From: a phage
Direction: 5' to 3' (one strand)
Sequence record: PZ445554.1
DNA: 64,000 nucleotides
In this document: positions 45,785 through 55,228 of the stretch, one piece after another
Numbering within the stretch: position 1 is the stretch's first letter
Layout of the letters: the number at the start of each line of letters is the position of its first letter
The notes under the pieces: model-generated
Databases searched by the model: none
Told to the model about the DNA's origin: nothing
What the model saw: only the letters and a program-made list of their open reading frames with translations
Program-made: the position numbers and the translations under genes

Positions 45785-46000
45785 TTAAGCCTTTTTATCA
45801 AGAACAGAATTCAGCTTGTTAGTAATTTTATCCAGACGCTCATTGAACTCACTAGAAGATAAGCCCTTTTCTGGAGAAATCAAACTAATCACGAAAAATA
45901 TAGCAATAAAAGGAATAAGGAAAATAGCTCCAACTGCCATAAACAGAAAGAATGTTACAGTTGTAAGAAAATCAGCTAAACCTTTACGAAATTTATACAT
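45785..46000 (-). CDS. Small membrane protein (71 aa)
   Basis: ORF track; two hydrophobic segments. Confidence 0.5.
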   Translation of the reverse strand: MYKFRKGLADFLTTVTFFLFMAVGAIFLIPFIAIFFVISLISPEKGLSSSEFNERLDKITNKLNSVLDKKA

Positions 46001-46115
46001 ATTTTACCCTTAATTAATTAACCAAGCATTGATAAGCACTAAACTATATTGGGAATAAAATTCTGGACCAAAATGAAAAATCATATCATTTATAGTATCC
46101 ATAATATAATTCAAT

Positions 46116-46586
46116 TTAATCATGTTTCCACACCCCATCGGTATTTGACCAAAGCCGCTGATTATCTGATCCTCGCCACAGCTTTTTAGTCGGAAGATTT
46201 TTCTCATACTTCCCATCAATAATAACATCAACATATTTAAGCATTTCTAGTTGTTTAATATCTTCAAACTTATATCCTGTCCACAACCAAATGCTTTTAT
46301 TGGGATAAAGATTTTTTACTGTTTGAACGATGCAATGAATAACATCTCGGTTATCAGGATAGAGAGGGTCTCCTCCAGTTATAGTTAATCCTTCTATATA
46401 ATCATTATTCAAACATTCAATTAATTGTTCTAGTGTTTCACCAGTGAATGGAATACCATTTCTAGCATTCCATGTTGATTTATTATAACACCCTTCACAT
46501 TTATGCAAACAACCTGTAACGAAAAGAACGACCCTGCAACCAGGGCCATTCACAAAATCACAAGGATAAAATCTATCATAATTCAT
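46116..46586 (-). CDS. nrdG: Anaerobic ribonucleotide reductase activating protein NrdG (radical SAM)
   Basis: ORF track 156 aa; CxxxCxxC cluster GCLHKCEGC; overlaps nrdD stop. Confidence 0.9.
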   Translation of the reverse strand: MNYDRFYPCDFVNGPGCRVVLFVTGCLHKCEGCYNKSTWNARNGIPFTGETLEQLIECLNNDYIEGLTITGGDPLYPDNRDVIHCIVQTVKNLYPNKSIWLWTGYKFEDIKQLEMLKYVDVIIDGKYEKNLPTKKLWRGSDNQRLWSNTDGVWKHD

Positions 46587-48400
46587 TGATGCTTAACCCT
46601 ATGCATGATTTCTTTATTTTTACCGAGATTAAATCCGCGTTCGTTAGGATTTCCCAAATAACCACATGTTCTTCTTATTGTGTTCATCTTTTTAGGATCA
46701 GTTTCTCCACAAATAGAACAAACAAATCCGTTTTCAGTAGGAGTCATTTCATGGGTACTTCCGCATGTAAAACATTTATCTACCGGCATGTTAACACCAA
46801 AATAATCTAAATGTTGTGCAGCATAATCCCATACGGCCTCAAGACCCTTTAAGTTATTTTTCATATCAGGAAGTTCAACATAAGAAATGTGACCACCTGT
46901 CGCAATGAAATGATATGGCGCTTCACGAGAAATCTTTTCAAACGGAGTAATATTTTCTTCTACTGAGACATGGAAACTGTTAGTGTACCAGCCTTTATCG
47001 GTAACATCTTTTACGCTTCCATATTTTTCTGTATCGAGTTTACAGAAGCGATAACAAAGGTTTTCAGCAGGAGTCGAATATAAACTAAAAGCAAATCCGG
47101 TTCTTTCAGTCCACTGTTTAAGATGAGCATTCATTTTAGTTAAAATTTCTCGTCCAATATCACGACCGACAAGAATATTCAATTCGTGAATACCAATGTA
47201 TCCTAAAGACACTGAACTTCTACCGTTTTTAAATAACTCAATTATGTCGTCATCAGGTTTAAGACGAACCCCAAATGCACCTTCTTGGTAAAGAATAGGA
47301 GCAACAGTAGCTTTAACTCCTTTTAAGGAACTAATTCTACACATCAAAGCTTCAAAACATAAATCCATTCGTTCATTGAATAATTCAACAAATTTCTGTT
47401 CATTGAACTGTGTTCCAATATAAGAATCTAACGCGATGCGAGGAAGATTCAATGTTACAACACCAAGATTATTACGTCCATCAAGAATTTCATTGCCAGT
47501 CGAATCTTTCCATACGCTCAAGAAACTACGGCAACCCATTGGAGAAACAGGAACAGATGAACCAGTGATAGCTTTATTATTCTTAGCTGAAATAATATCA
47601 GGATACATTCTTTTGCTTGCACACTCTAGAGCAAGCTGCTTAATATCATAGTTCGGATCGTCTTTATAAAGATTAACACCTTCTTCAACGAACATAACAA
47701 GCTTAGGGAAAATAGGAGTTATCCCATCACGACCAAGACCTTTAATACGATTTTTCAGAATTGCTTTCTGAATCATTCGTTCAGTCCAGTCAGTTCCCGT
47801 ACCAAATGTAATTGTTACAAAAGGAGTCTGTCCGTTTGAACTAAAGAGAGTATTTACTTCATATTCATAAGCTTGGAATGCATCGTATACGTCTTTTTCT
47901 GTTTTAGATTGAGCATAATTCAACGCATCAGCGATTTGCCATTTTTCTGCATCCTCAATATGTTTTGCATAGGTGCGTTTAACATAAGGAGAAAGTACTT
48001 TATCTACATTCGCAAAAGTCGTTCCGCCGTATTGGTGAGAAGCAACCTGTGCAGTAATTTGTGCCATAATTGCAGTAGCAACGCCAATTGATTTAGGAGT
48101 TTCAATCTGTGCATTACCAAGCTTAAATCCGTTCTCAAGCATTCCTTTTAAATCTACTAAACAGCAATTAGTAAATGGAAGAGCAGGGGAATAATCAATA
48201 TCATGGAAATGAATAATTCCGCTTTCATGCGCTTTCATAATAAAAGACGGGACCATATTTTTGGCAATGTGTTTAGACACAATACCAGCCATAAGGTCCC
48301 GTTGAGTTGGAAAAACACGAGAATCTTTATTAGCATTCTCGTTTAAAAGGTCTTTATTAGTTTTATGAATCAATCCTTCAATTTCTTTTTCAATTGTCAT
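46583..48400 (-). CDS. nrdD: Anaerobic ribonucleotide reductase NrdD, uninterrupted (605 aa)
   Basis: ORF track 605 aa; C-terminal glycyl-radical motif RRTCGYLG and zinc ribbon CFTCGS...CSICG. Confidence 0.9.
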   Translation of the reverse strand: MTIEKEIEGLIHKTNKDLLNENANKDSRVFPTQRDLMAGIVSKHIAKNMVPSFIMKAHESGIIHFHDIDYSPALPFTNCCLVDLKGMLENGFKLGNAQIETPKSIGVATAIMAQITAQVASHQYGGTTFANVDKVLSPYVKRTYAKHIEDAEKWQIADALNYAQSKTEKDVYDAFQAYEYEVNTLFSSNGQTPFVTITFGTGTDWTERMIQKAILKNRIKGLGRDGITPIFPKLVMFVEEGVNLYKDDPNYDIKQLALECASKRMYPDIISAKNNKAITGSSVPVSPMGCRSFLSVWKDSTGNEILDGRNNLGVVTLNLPRIALDSYIGTQFNEQKFVELFNERMDLCFEALMCRISSLKGVKATVAPILYQEGAFGVRLKPDDDIIELFKNGRSSVSLGYIGIHELNILVGRDIGREILTKMNAHLKQWTERTGFAFSLYSTPAENLCYRFCKLDTEKYGSVKDVTDKGWYTNSFHVSVEENITPFEKISREAPYHFIATGGHISYVELPDMKNNLKGLEAVWDYAAQHLDYFGVNMPVDKCFTCGSTHEMTPTENGFVCSICGETDPKKMNTIRRTCGYLGNPNERGFNLGKNKEIMHRVKHQ

Positions 48401-48870
48401 TTTAAACTCTTTCTAAGCTGCTTCTTAAATGAAGCTATTAACTGTGTTTTGGTGTCAGATTCATTATATTCAAATCCTCTTTGAAGCATCTCGGCCATCA
48501 TTTCCTCTTTTCCTAAACGAGAAAATTCCTTTGATTTATCTCCAACAAAGTTAGGGTGAATATTATTTTGGGTGTAATCGGATTTTAAATAAGTAAGTAA
48601 ATTTTCTAACCATTCAAGATAATCAACACCTTGTCCCTTTAAGCCAGAACGATTAAATTTGTGCTTCATTTGACCTTCTGCGGCATTGCAGAGATTACAA
48701 AGCAATCCACGTACCTTTCCTGCTTTTGGTCCATTTAATTCATGGTCATGATCAAGATGATTAGCTTGAACATCAGGATTTAGTTCTCGTTGGCAAATTA
48801 AGCATTTACCGTTTTGTGCATTATAAAATTTCTGTTTTTCTTCTTTGTATAATTTGCCAGTCAATAACAT
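48397..48870 (-). CDS. 49: Endonuclease VII gp49 (Holliday junction resolvase)
   Basis: ORF track 157 aa, same length as T4 gp49; Cys-rich zinc-binding N-terminus, His-rich core. Confidence 0.85.
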   Translation of the reverse strand: MLLTGKLYKEEKQKFYNAQNGKCLICQRELNPDVQANHLDHDHELNGPKAGKVRGLLCNLCNAAEGQMKHKFNRSGLKGQGVDYLEWLENLLTYLKSDYTQNNIHPNFVGDKSKEFSRLGKEEMMAEMLQRGFEYNESDTKTQLIASFKKQLRKSLK

Positions 48871-48912
48871 AATAAAACCCTTACCTTAAATAGATAAGGG
48901 TATTTATTATTT

Positions 48913-49089
48913 TTAAGTATTGTAAAACATTCGATGCAATCGTTTATACTGTCGAATCATCTTTTTAGTAGGACGAGAATAGGTTCCTACGCAAGTGGTC
49001 ATATGAGGGTCCGTAGAATGTCCTTTAATAAAAAGTTTCCAAACCTTACCGCCATTTAACTTTTCAGTATAAACCAATTCGGTTTTCAT
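48913..49089 (-). CDS. Small protein (58 aa) whose last 15 codons duplicate the C-terminus of the upstream pin-like gene
   Basis: ATG at 49087-49089 (rev); MKTELVYTEKLNGGKVWKLFIKGHSTDPHMTTCVGTYSRPTKKMIRQYKRLHRMFYNT. Confidence 0.45.
   Translation of the reverse strand: MKTELVYTEKLNGGKVWKLFIKGHSTDPHMTTCVGTYSRPTKKMIRQYKRLHRMFYNT
48915..48960 (-). repeat. Direct repeat copy 1 (about 46 bp), 3-prime gene-end module
   Basis: aagtattgtaaaacattcgatgcaatcgtttatactgtcgaatcat, about 87 percent identical to copy at 49132-49177. Confidence 0.7.
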
Positions 49090-49129
49090 TAAAATGCCTT
49101 GTCAGAAAAAGAATTTTGAGTTTTTTTTT

Positions 49130-49615
49130 TCAAGTATTATAAAACATTTGATGCAATCGCTTATATTGCCGAATCATTTGGTCAGAAAAAGAATTTTGAG
49201 TTTCAAGCCATTCAATATATTCTGCCGCAGCTTGCATCAGGTTACCTTCATAATCATCAATATCTTTTTTCAATGCCACTTTAGCTAATGCATATGAAAT
49301 ACGTTCACCTTGAAAAGCGGCTTTAGGCTTCTGAACATCTTGGCTAGTTCTCTCTACAACTTCCTCGATTTCACCATTTTCAACGGATTCAGTATTCCAC
49401 AAACACCAATACGTAATTGGCTTATCATAGATGTTAATAATCTTTCCGTCGGAAAGTTCAATTTCAATAATTCCAGTGTCAGGCTCTATATCATCTTCAC
49501 ATTCTTTTGCAAGTTCACGAACTTTAAAGACAGTACCTGCACTAAGTTCCGGCCAGTAATTACATAGCCCTGTATCAACACGATTAATTCTAAACCACTT
49601 ATCTACTGTAATCAT
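49130..49615 (-). CDS. Hypothetical protein (161 aa); size and position correspond to T4 pin (tentative)
   Basis: ORF track 49130..49633 (TTG); ATG at 49615 gives 161 aa. Confidence 0.55.
   Translation of the reverse strand: MITVDKWFRINRVDTGLCNYWPELSAGTVFKVRELAKECEDDIEPDTGIIEIELSDGKIINIYDKPITYWCLWNTESVENGEIEEVVERTSQDVQKPKAAFQGERISYALAKVALKKDIDDYEGNLMQAAAEYIEWLETQNSFSDQMIRQYKRLHQMFYNT
49132..49177 (-). repeat. Direct repeat copy 2 (3-prime end of pin-like gene)
   Basis: aagtattataaaacatttgatgcaatcgcttatattgccgaatcat; flanking gtcagaaaaagaattttgagttt also occurs twice (49101-49123, 49181-49203). Confidence 0.7.
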
Positions 49616-49753
49616 GTCCCATCTCCATATCAATTAAGTCATTTATCGTTGGTTCATTATATACTGTTTCTTCATCAGTGTAAACCGGTTCTTCCGGCTC
49701 TGGCTCTACAGTTTCCCATCTAGCCGCCCACCAAGGTTTTATAGCGTAATCCA
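49598..49753 (-). CDS. Small acidic protein (51 aa), not in ORF track
   Basis: MDYAIKPWWAARWETVEPEPEEPVYTDEE; overlaps neighbours at both ends. Confidence 0.35.
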
Positions 49754-50059
49754 TTCTCGTACTGTCTGAGTTACTACACGTTCTCGAAGCTCAACCAGTT
49801 CAACGGTAGGAACTGCATAATACCAGTCAGAATGGTAAGAACCTGAGCGAGATTCATTTACAGCCACATGTACATTATGTTTTGGACTAAAATAAACACA
49901 CTGACGATATTGGCATTTACCATCTTGCACCCAGTCTTCTATTTCGATAGGTTTAAGATAGTCGGAAAAATCGAAATCATAGTTTTCCGAAAATGCATCA
50001 TGGTCTTCGATGATTTCACTCAGAACTGCATCAACATCTAATTTATTTTCAATAGTCAT
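49739..50059 (-). CDS. Hypothetical protein (106 aa)
   Basis: ORF track; ATG at 50057-50059. Confidence 0.5.
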   Translation of the reverse strand: MTIENKLDVDAVLSEIIEDHDAFSENYDFDFSDYLKPIEIEDWVQDGKCQYRQCVYFSPKHNVHVAVNESRSGSYHSDWYYAVPTVELVELRERVVTQTVREWITL

Positions 50060-50070
50060 TTTTTCACCAA

Positions 50071-50241
50071 TTAATTTCGCAATTTATTAAGTTCTTCATA
50101 ATCAATCCAGGATTCTAATCCTGATGGCAAATCAGATTCAATTTCCCACAGAAGTTCTTCAATTTTATGAAGACGATCTAATTCTTCAGCTGGAATAGTA
50201 ACCATTGATGGAGCTCTTGATACACTAATATCGTAAATCAT
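50071..50241 (-). CDS. Hypothetical protein (56 aa)
   Basis: ORF track 50071..50280 (GTG); ATG at 50241. Confidence 0.45.
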   Translation of the reverse strand: MIYDISVSRAPSMVTIPAEELDRLHKIEELLWEIESDLPSGLESWIDYEELNKLRN

Positions 50242-50243
50242 AT

Positions 50244-50459
50244 TTACCCCAGTTTGACCATACAATCGCCGTATTTCCACTTAGAAATAGACTTTTCGCC
50301 GTTAGAATAATAAACTTCGAGTTTAGCACGATTATTTTTAATTTGAATAACCTTGGCTGTCATTAAAGTTCCATACCCATAGTAAACTGCAACTTCATCA
50401 CCTACATATACCGCGCTTCCGCGGTAATCATGGATATAATCAGTTCCTTCGAGCATCAT
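50244..50459 (-). CDS. Hypothetical protein (71 aa)
   Basis: ORF track; ATG at 50457-50459. Confidence 0.5.
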   Translation of the reverse strand: MMLEGTDYIHDYRGSAVYVGDEVAVYYGYGTLMTAKVIQIKNNRAKLEVYYSNGEKSISKWKYGDCMVKLG

Positions 50460-50719
50460 TTAAAGTATTCCCGCAATTGGTCAAATCCACCAATATGACT
50501 TCCATCAGGAGCAAATACCTGAGGCATTGTCAAGCCAATTTGAGTATCACGACCTAGTTTAGTCAGAAGCTCAGCAATTTTCTCATCGTCAAAAACACCT
50601 TTTTCCGGCATAATGTTGATAAACTCAAACGGCTGTTTCTTCACGGTCAAAAGACGTTTTGCATTATCGCAATACACACATTTATGGATGTTGCTATCAT
50701 AACCATATACTTTAAACAT
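50456..50719 (-). CDS. nrdC: Glutaredoxin/thioredoxin NrdC
   Basis: ORF track 87 aa; CVYC active site; sequence MFKVYGYDSNIHKCVYCDNAKRLL matches recalled T4 NrdC. Confidence 0.85.
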   Translation of the reverse strand: MFKVYGYDSNIHKCVYCDNAKRLLTVKKQPFEFINIMPEKGVFDDEKIAELLTKLGRDTQIGLTMPQVFAPDGSHIGGFDQLREYFK

Positions 50720-50720
50720 A

Positions 50721-50963
50721 TTATTCCTTAATTCCTAGTACTTGTTTAAAAGTCTCGTCGTAATCAAGACTTTGACCCGTTTGTTCTTTATGTTTGTATA
50801 TAATATCACTTACTTCTGATAGCATATTTTTATATGAACGAGTTAAAGCAGATTTAAGCACGCTGTATCTATCAGGAAATTTACCGTGTTCATTATAATA
50901 AGCTATTGCTAATTCACGGACTGCCTTTTCGGCAGTCTCCATATATTCTTTACGCTTGGTCAT
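50721..50963 (-). CDS. Hypothetical protein (80 aa)
   Basis: ORF track 50721..50978 (TTG); ATG at 50963. Confidence 0.5.
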
Positions 50964-51264
50964 TTTCTTCTCGGTCAAATCGGTGTTTACAATGGCGACA
51001 TTTATAACGAAGATTATTAGTCTGCCAATGGACTAATTGCACCTGTTCAGTTCCACATTCAGGGCAATTAGGAACGTTTTTAGAAGCACGTTCGCGGCGT
51101 TCAACCATGACCATTACAGAATCCCAATTAATAGGGCTGCTATAATCATCACAACCATGAATCTTTCCACGCATTTCCAGATCGTCTTCTTCACCAGCCA
51201 TAATAATTTTAATTAGACTAGAATTACTTGAAGCTGCAATGTCTTCTAATAGACGCTTTTTCAT
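50950..51264 (-). CDS. Hypothetical zinc-ribbon protein (104 aa)
   Basis: ORF track; CPECG...CRHCKH. Confidence 0.5.
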
Positions 51265-52190
51265 TTCAATACCTCAATAGCATTACGTAAACCATTTGCT
51301 TTTGCATTAAGAGCTTTTAACAATTTGGTGTGTTCTTCAATTTGGGCTTCAACTTCAATCAAACGAGCATTGAGATATTCACGTTCTTCGCTCAAGTTAT
51401 CAACCTTTTCTACTTTAGGTTCTTTTACAACTGGCTTATACGTATTAGGGTTCTTCAGTTTAATTAGAATGCGTGAACTGTATAACATTGAACCATTATC
51501 TTCGGTTTCATCATGCATTTCTACTACGTCCATGATTTTTAACATCATGCGAAGTTTATAAGACAACGAACGAATAGTTTTGTTGTGCTTATTAATTTCT
51601 CTAGCTGTCATGGTGCCGAGATTACGTGAGTAATAATAAGGAACCTGGATATTAATTAATACTGATGAACCACCTGGCTTGTGTGTTACTTCATCAGCAA
51701 TAACCCAGTCCTTAACATGAACTGTATTTGTACGGTCATCGCCCATGGTAAACAGTTTGCGAGCATGCTTAAAAAGCATATTCACTTGAGTATTGAATTG
51801 ACAAGCAAATTTATCAGCAAATTTAGTTTCAGGAATGGTAGATAACCAATCAGCCAAATGGGTCTTTTTAACATCGTTAATAATAGTAAATTCAACCAAA
51901 TCGGTTATAGATGTCGCAGATTTAATGAAGCTCGGCTTCATAAAGTTTTTAATGTTATCGCGAGCTACAGTAGAAGATAACATACGAGAACGTTTAAACC
52001 ATTCAAGCAAATTGCCTAACGAATGAGAATAAGCGTTTTGAGTATCTTTACAGATATGATTTTCCTGGCCAACATATTGAAGGAAATCACGAAGAATATT
52101 ATTGATTACTGCTCTGTGCCCGATCTGATAATTACGGTGTTTAGTAATAAGACTGTCAAAATAATCAATATAATGTTTACGAGTTTTCAT
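51261..52190 (-). CDS. Hypothetical protein with C-terminal coiled coil (309 aa), paralog family member 1
   Basis: ORF track; C-terminal heptad-like segment [42 protein letters not shown]. Confidence 0.6.
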   Translation of the reverse strand: MKTRKHYIDYFDSLITKHRNYQIGHRAVINNILRDFLQYVGQENHICKDTQNAYSHSLGNLLEWFKRSRMLSSTVARDNIKNFMKPSFIKSATSITDLVEFTIINDVKKTHLADWLSTIPETKFADKFACQFNTQVNMLFKHARKLFTMGDDRTNTVHVKDWVIADEVTHKPGGSSVLINIQVPYYYSRNLGTMTAREINKHNKTIRSLSYKLRMMLKIMDVVEMHDETEDNGSMLYSSRILIKLKNPNTYKPVVKEPKVEKVDNLSEEREYLNARLIEVEAQIEEHTKLLKALNAKANGLRNAIEVLK

Positions 52191-52242
52191 GTTCTTCTCA
52201 CTTGGTTAATGGTTTATACTCCGAGCCATCCTTGGCTTTAAA

Positions 52243-53244
52243 TTACTTAATTAACTGTAAAGCTTGTTCAAGACGATCCAGGCGATTAACAGATTCTTCC
52301 CAAATCCTTTTAGCCTGCTCATATTCTTTCTGTGCTTTATTAGAAATTTCTAGAACTTCTTTATAAGCTTTTTCTAGTGCAATAACTTCTGGACGAATTT
52401 CTATCGGTTCAGGTGAATCGTCAAGACATTCCATTAGTTCCTCAAGGGTAGTTTCTTCTTTAGGAGTATTCACAATTTCATCACATTTTTGTTGGTAAAT
52501 TTCTTTATCAGTCGGTGAGTACGCACACTTTACTTCACGAAGACTAACTACAATTTTATATCCTTCCCAACCGCATATATTCTTAAAAGGATAAGTATGA
52601 ATATTTTCTACTGTTTCCATACAAAGTAATGCAGTCTCTAACTGACGAGTTATATCACTAGCAATTGAGAAAAATTTATTAATGTTCTTTTGATTAGCTT
52701 CTGGTGTAAAAAATTCATAATTCACAAAAATAGCTACTTTATTTTTATCAAGTTCATATTCTTTTATGATAATCATATCAGAAGCCAAAGGATGAATTTG
52801 ACGATAATCGCCATAGCATAATTTAGAAGCTGATTTCAAAATTTGCTTCTTGAAAAGTCTAAAATTACTAACCCAACGACGAGTAAAAATATTCTCAGGG
52901 TCTTCTTTAATATTAAGATGATAAGAATTAACATCACCGAACCAATTGTATCCTACTACATCTTTAGTTCGTTTAATTTCTTTCCCAAATTTACTAAGAA
53001 TATCTTGATTAACTAAATATGAAAGAAGACGAGACCCTTTAAAGGTTTCCTTAATATCATCTTTATCTGCACGACTAGAAATTTTATGAACTTCATGAAT
53101 AAATTTGCTGGAAGAAACAATACTTGCATCAGTATTATTGAGCCATTGATTGATAATGGAAATAACGCTATTCTGACTAGACATAGGTTTAACTTTATCA
53201 TCAATAACGCTATTGAATGATTTGATATATTCGTTACGAGTCAT
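52243..53244 (-). CDS. Hypothetical protein with C-terminal coiled coil (333 aa), paralog family member 2
   Basis: ORF track 52243..53295; N-terminal 17 codons are translated promoter; ATG at 53244 after GAGGAG. Confidence 0.6.
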   Translation of the reverse strand: MTRNEYIKSFNSVIDDKVKPMSSQNSVISIINQWLNNTDASIVSSSKFIHEVHKISSRADKDDIKETFKGSRLLSYLVNQDILSKFGKEIKRTKDVVGYNWFGDVNSYHLNIKEDPENIFTRRWVSNFRLFKKQILKSASKLCYGDYRQIHPLASDMIIIKEYELDKNKVAIFVNYEFFTPEANQKNINKFFSIASDITRQLETALLCMETVENIHTYPFKNICGWEGYKIVVSLREVKCAYSPTDKEIYQQKCDEIVNTPKEETTLEELMECLDDSPEPIEIRPEVIALEKAYKEVLEISNKAQKEYEQAKRIWEESVNRLDRLEQALQLIK

Positions 53245-53271
53245 ATTAATCTCCTCAGTAGAAAGTAAGAA

Positions 53272-53303
53272 CATTATACCACATCCTTGTGGCAAAGTAA
53301 ACT
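53272..53303 (-). promoter_or_regulatory. T4-type early promoter, near-identical to the rIIA.1 promoter (palindromic spacer CCACAAGGATGTGG)
   Basis: Minus-strand GTTTACTTTGCCACAAGGATGTGGTATAATG. Confidence 0.5.
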
Positions 53304-54321
53304 AGTTCAGTGCATTTAGTGCATTATTCAGTTTAGAACGTTGCTTTGCCAGATTTTGAACCCTTGACTGAGCTTGTTCTAACACCTTTTCAGCTTCTAG
53401 CACTTCATTGGTCGCTTTAACGAGTTCATCATCTACTGCCTTGATAGACTTCTCAATCGCATCCGCGTGCCATTTTTCAACGGGTTTAAGACTCGGATTT
53501 TCAACAGGAAGAAAATTCACTTTATTGAATTTCCATGCATCTTTATTACCTGAACTATACATCCAAAATTTAGGATCGTTTGATGAGTAATTAGATAAAT
53601 TTAAGTTATCTTGCACTTCTTGCTTTTTCTCTTGCGGGACTTCGTCCTTTCTCAAAAAATCGTATTTAAATGAAACGACCATATCAAGTTCATATGTTGT
53701 TGTATGTTCCCAATTTCGCTCAAAACGAGGTAAAATCTTAGAATGAACAGCGGCAACAACATCCATATACTTAAATGCTTCTGTCAACTGCGATTTAAGG
53801 CATTCACAAATTGAAAGAGAATTTTTTGTATTAGGTTTAAAGCTAATTCGCGCAGTTCTATTATTTTCTTTTAATGGTCTTACTTCCATCTGAAGAGTAT
53901 AACCATCAAATTTCAGGTTCTTTAAGTTAATGTCAGAACCTTTTAATCGACTAGCCGTCGACAAAATTTGCTTTAATTGTTTACGGAATAGAGCAATAAA
54001 TCTCCATTCAATACGATAATGATTTGGATTGAAAAATCCAGATGATAAATCGACCTTACTCTGACCAACACCTTGAACAAATAGAGGATTTTTATAATCA
54101 ATAGTTTTACAGAAATCGGTGAGCTGCTCACGAGCAGTCATTTGTGTAATATACCCCGCTTTACTAAAATGACGTAATAATTCACTGCTATTTAGATATT
54201 TAAAGTGAATAGCACGATTAACTTTATCAGGGTCTAAATTATTTTCACACAAAAATGTCATAACATTACGAGTATCGCTGCCAGTACGAACCATATCTTC
54301 AATTTGAGAACGAGTTTTCAT
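53302..54321 (-). CDS. Hypothetical protein with C-terminal coiled coil (339 aa), paralog family member 3
   Basis: ORF track; shares architecture with 52243..53244. Confidence 0.6.
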   Translation of the reverse strand: MKTRSQIEDMVRTGSDTRNVMTFLCENNLDPDKVNRAIHFKYLNSSELLRHFSKAGYITQMTAREQLTDFCKTIDYKNPLFVQGVGQSKVDLSSGFFNPNHYRIEWRFIALFRKQLKQILSTASRLKGSDINLKNLKFDGYTLQMEVRPLKENNRTARISFKPNTKNSLSICECLKSQLTEAFKYMDVVAAVHSKILPRFERNWEHTTTYELDMVVSFKYDFLRKDEVPQEKKQEVQDNLNLSNYSSNDPKFWMYSSGNKDAWKFNKVNFLPVENPSLKPVEKWHADAIEKSIKAVDDELVKATNEVLEAEKVLEQAQSRVQNLAKQRSKLNNALNALN

Positions 54322-54329
54322 GGTGTTCC

Positions 54330-55217
54330 TTAAGATTTAAGTAAATCAACAATTTTAATTAACTTTTCACGCTCAGATTTAGCTTTACTACTCAGTCCAG
54401 ATAGTCTGAAAATTTCATCATCATATTGTTGAATAGAAATATTCAGCTCTTCAATCTGTTTATTAAAATAATCAATTTGTTCAGAATGTTTTTCGTTACT
54501 ACGAAATGGTACAGGTTTTGTAGGCAATTTAGTTGAATTGGATTCATCCGGGCGATAAATTAAAATACAACTTGAACCAATCGGACATTTAGCACCAGAT
54601 GAATATTCTAACGTTCCAGCTTCTTTTAAAACTTCAAAAGCTAAACAGAGATGATGCCCCATATTGACATAATCTGTAGAGCGAGCTCTGATATAATAAT
54701 CATCGCCGCGAATACTAAATTTAAAGCATTTAAGGTCTTCTGTATTATTGGTCTTAAAAATCATTTGTTTATCTAGACCTTTAGCTAATCGAGCGCCTAA
54801 TGCTAATAATCGTCGTTGATTTTCCCACAAATCCGCAATCATTTGATCGAATGATAATTTCGGCATTAGTCGACCATAAAGGTCATATCCTTTATTATAA
54901 TTGCGAAGGATTTCACTCGCATTAATACGAGACAACGCTCCAATTTTATTAAGGGCTTTCATGATGCGATTAGATAAACCCATTCCAGACCCGTTTGTTC
55001 GTTGTAAATGTTTATCTAATCCAAACCCAATATCAACTTTAAATTTATCTAAAATTTCAGCATGAACATCTCTGTCAATAACATTCAAATCCAAAGTTGG
55101 GTTAAATCTATGAAAAAATTTATCTGGCTCTCCACGACGAAGTACAGTCCATTCATTTAATTTTTTATTAACTAAAGATTTAATTACTGCGTTGACATTA
55201 TTAATTACTACTGACAT
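54330..55217 (-). CDS. Hypothetical protein with C-terminal coiled coil (295 aa), paralog family member 4
   Basis: ORF track 54330..55232 (TTG); ATG at 55217 after GAGGAAAAT. Confidence 0.6.
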   Translation of the reverse strand: MSVVINNVNAVIKSLVNKKLNEWTVLRRGEPDKFFHRFNPTLDLNVIDRDVHAEILDKFKVDIGFGLDKHLQRTNGSGMGLSNRIMKALNKIGALSRINASEILRNYNKGYDLYGRLMPKLSFDQMIADLWENQRRLLALGARLAKGLDKQMIFKTNNTEDLKCFKFSIRGDDYYIRARSTDYVNMGHHLCLAFEVLKEAGTLEYSSGAKCPIGSSCILIYRPDESNSTKLPTKPVPFRSNEKHSEQIDYFNKQIEELNISIQQYDDEIFRLSGLSSKAKSEREKLIKIVDLLKS

Positions 55218-55228
55218 ATTTTCCTCAC

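Noticed and set aside
46010-46234. 74 aa ORF overlapping the 3-prime end of nrdG
   Set aside because: Overlaps nrdG by about 120 nt in another frame; at most a 30 aa remnant could be real, with no good ribosome-binding site.
46583-48400. Group I intron or intein in nrdD
   Set aside because: The frame is continuous at 605 aa with N- and C-terminal motifs intact; no insertion is evident.
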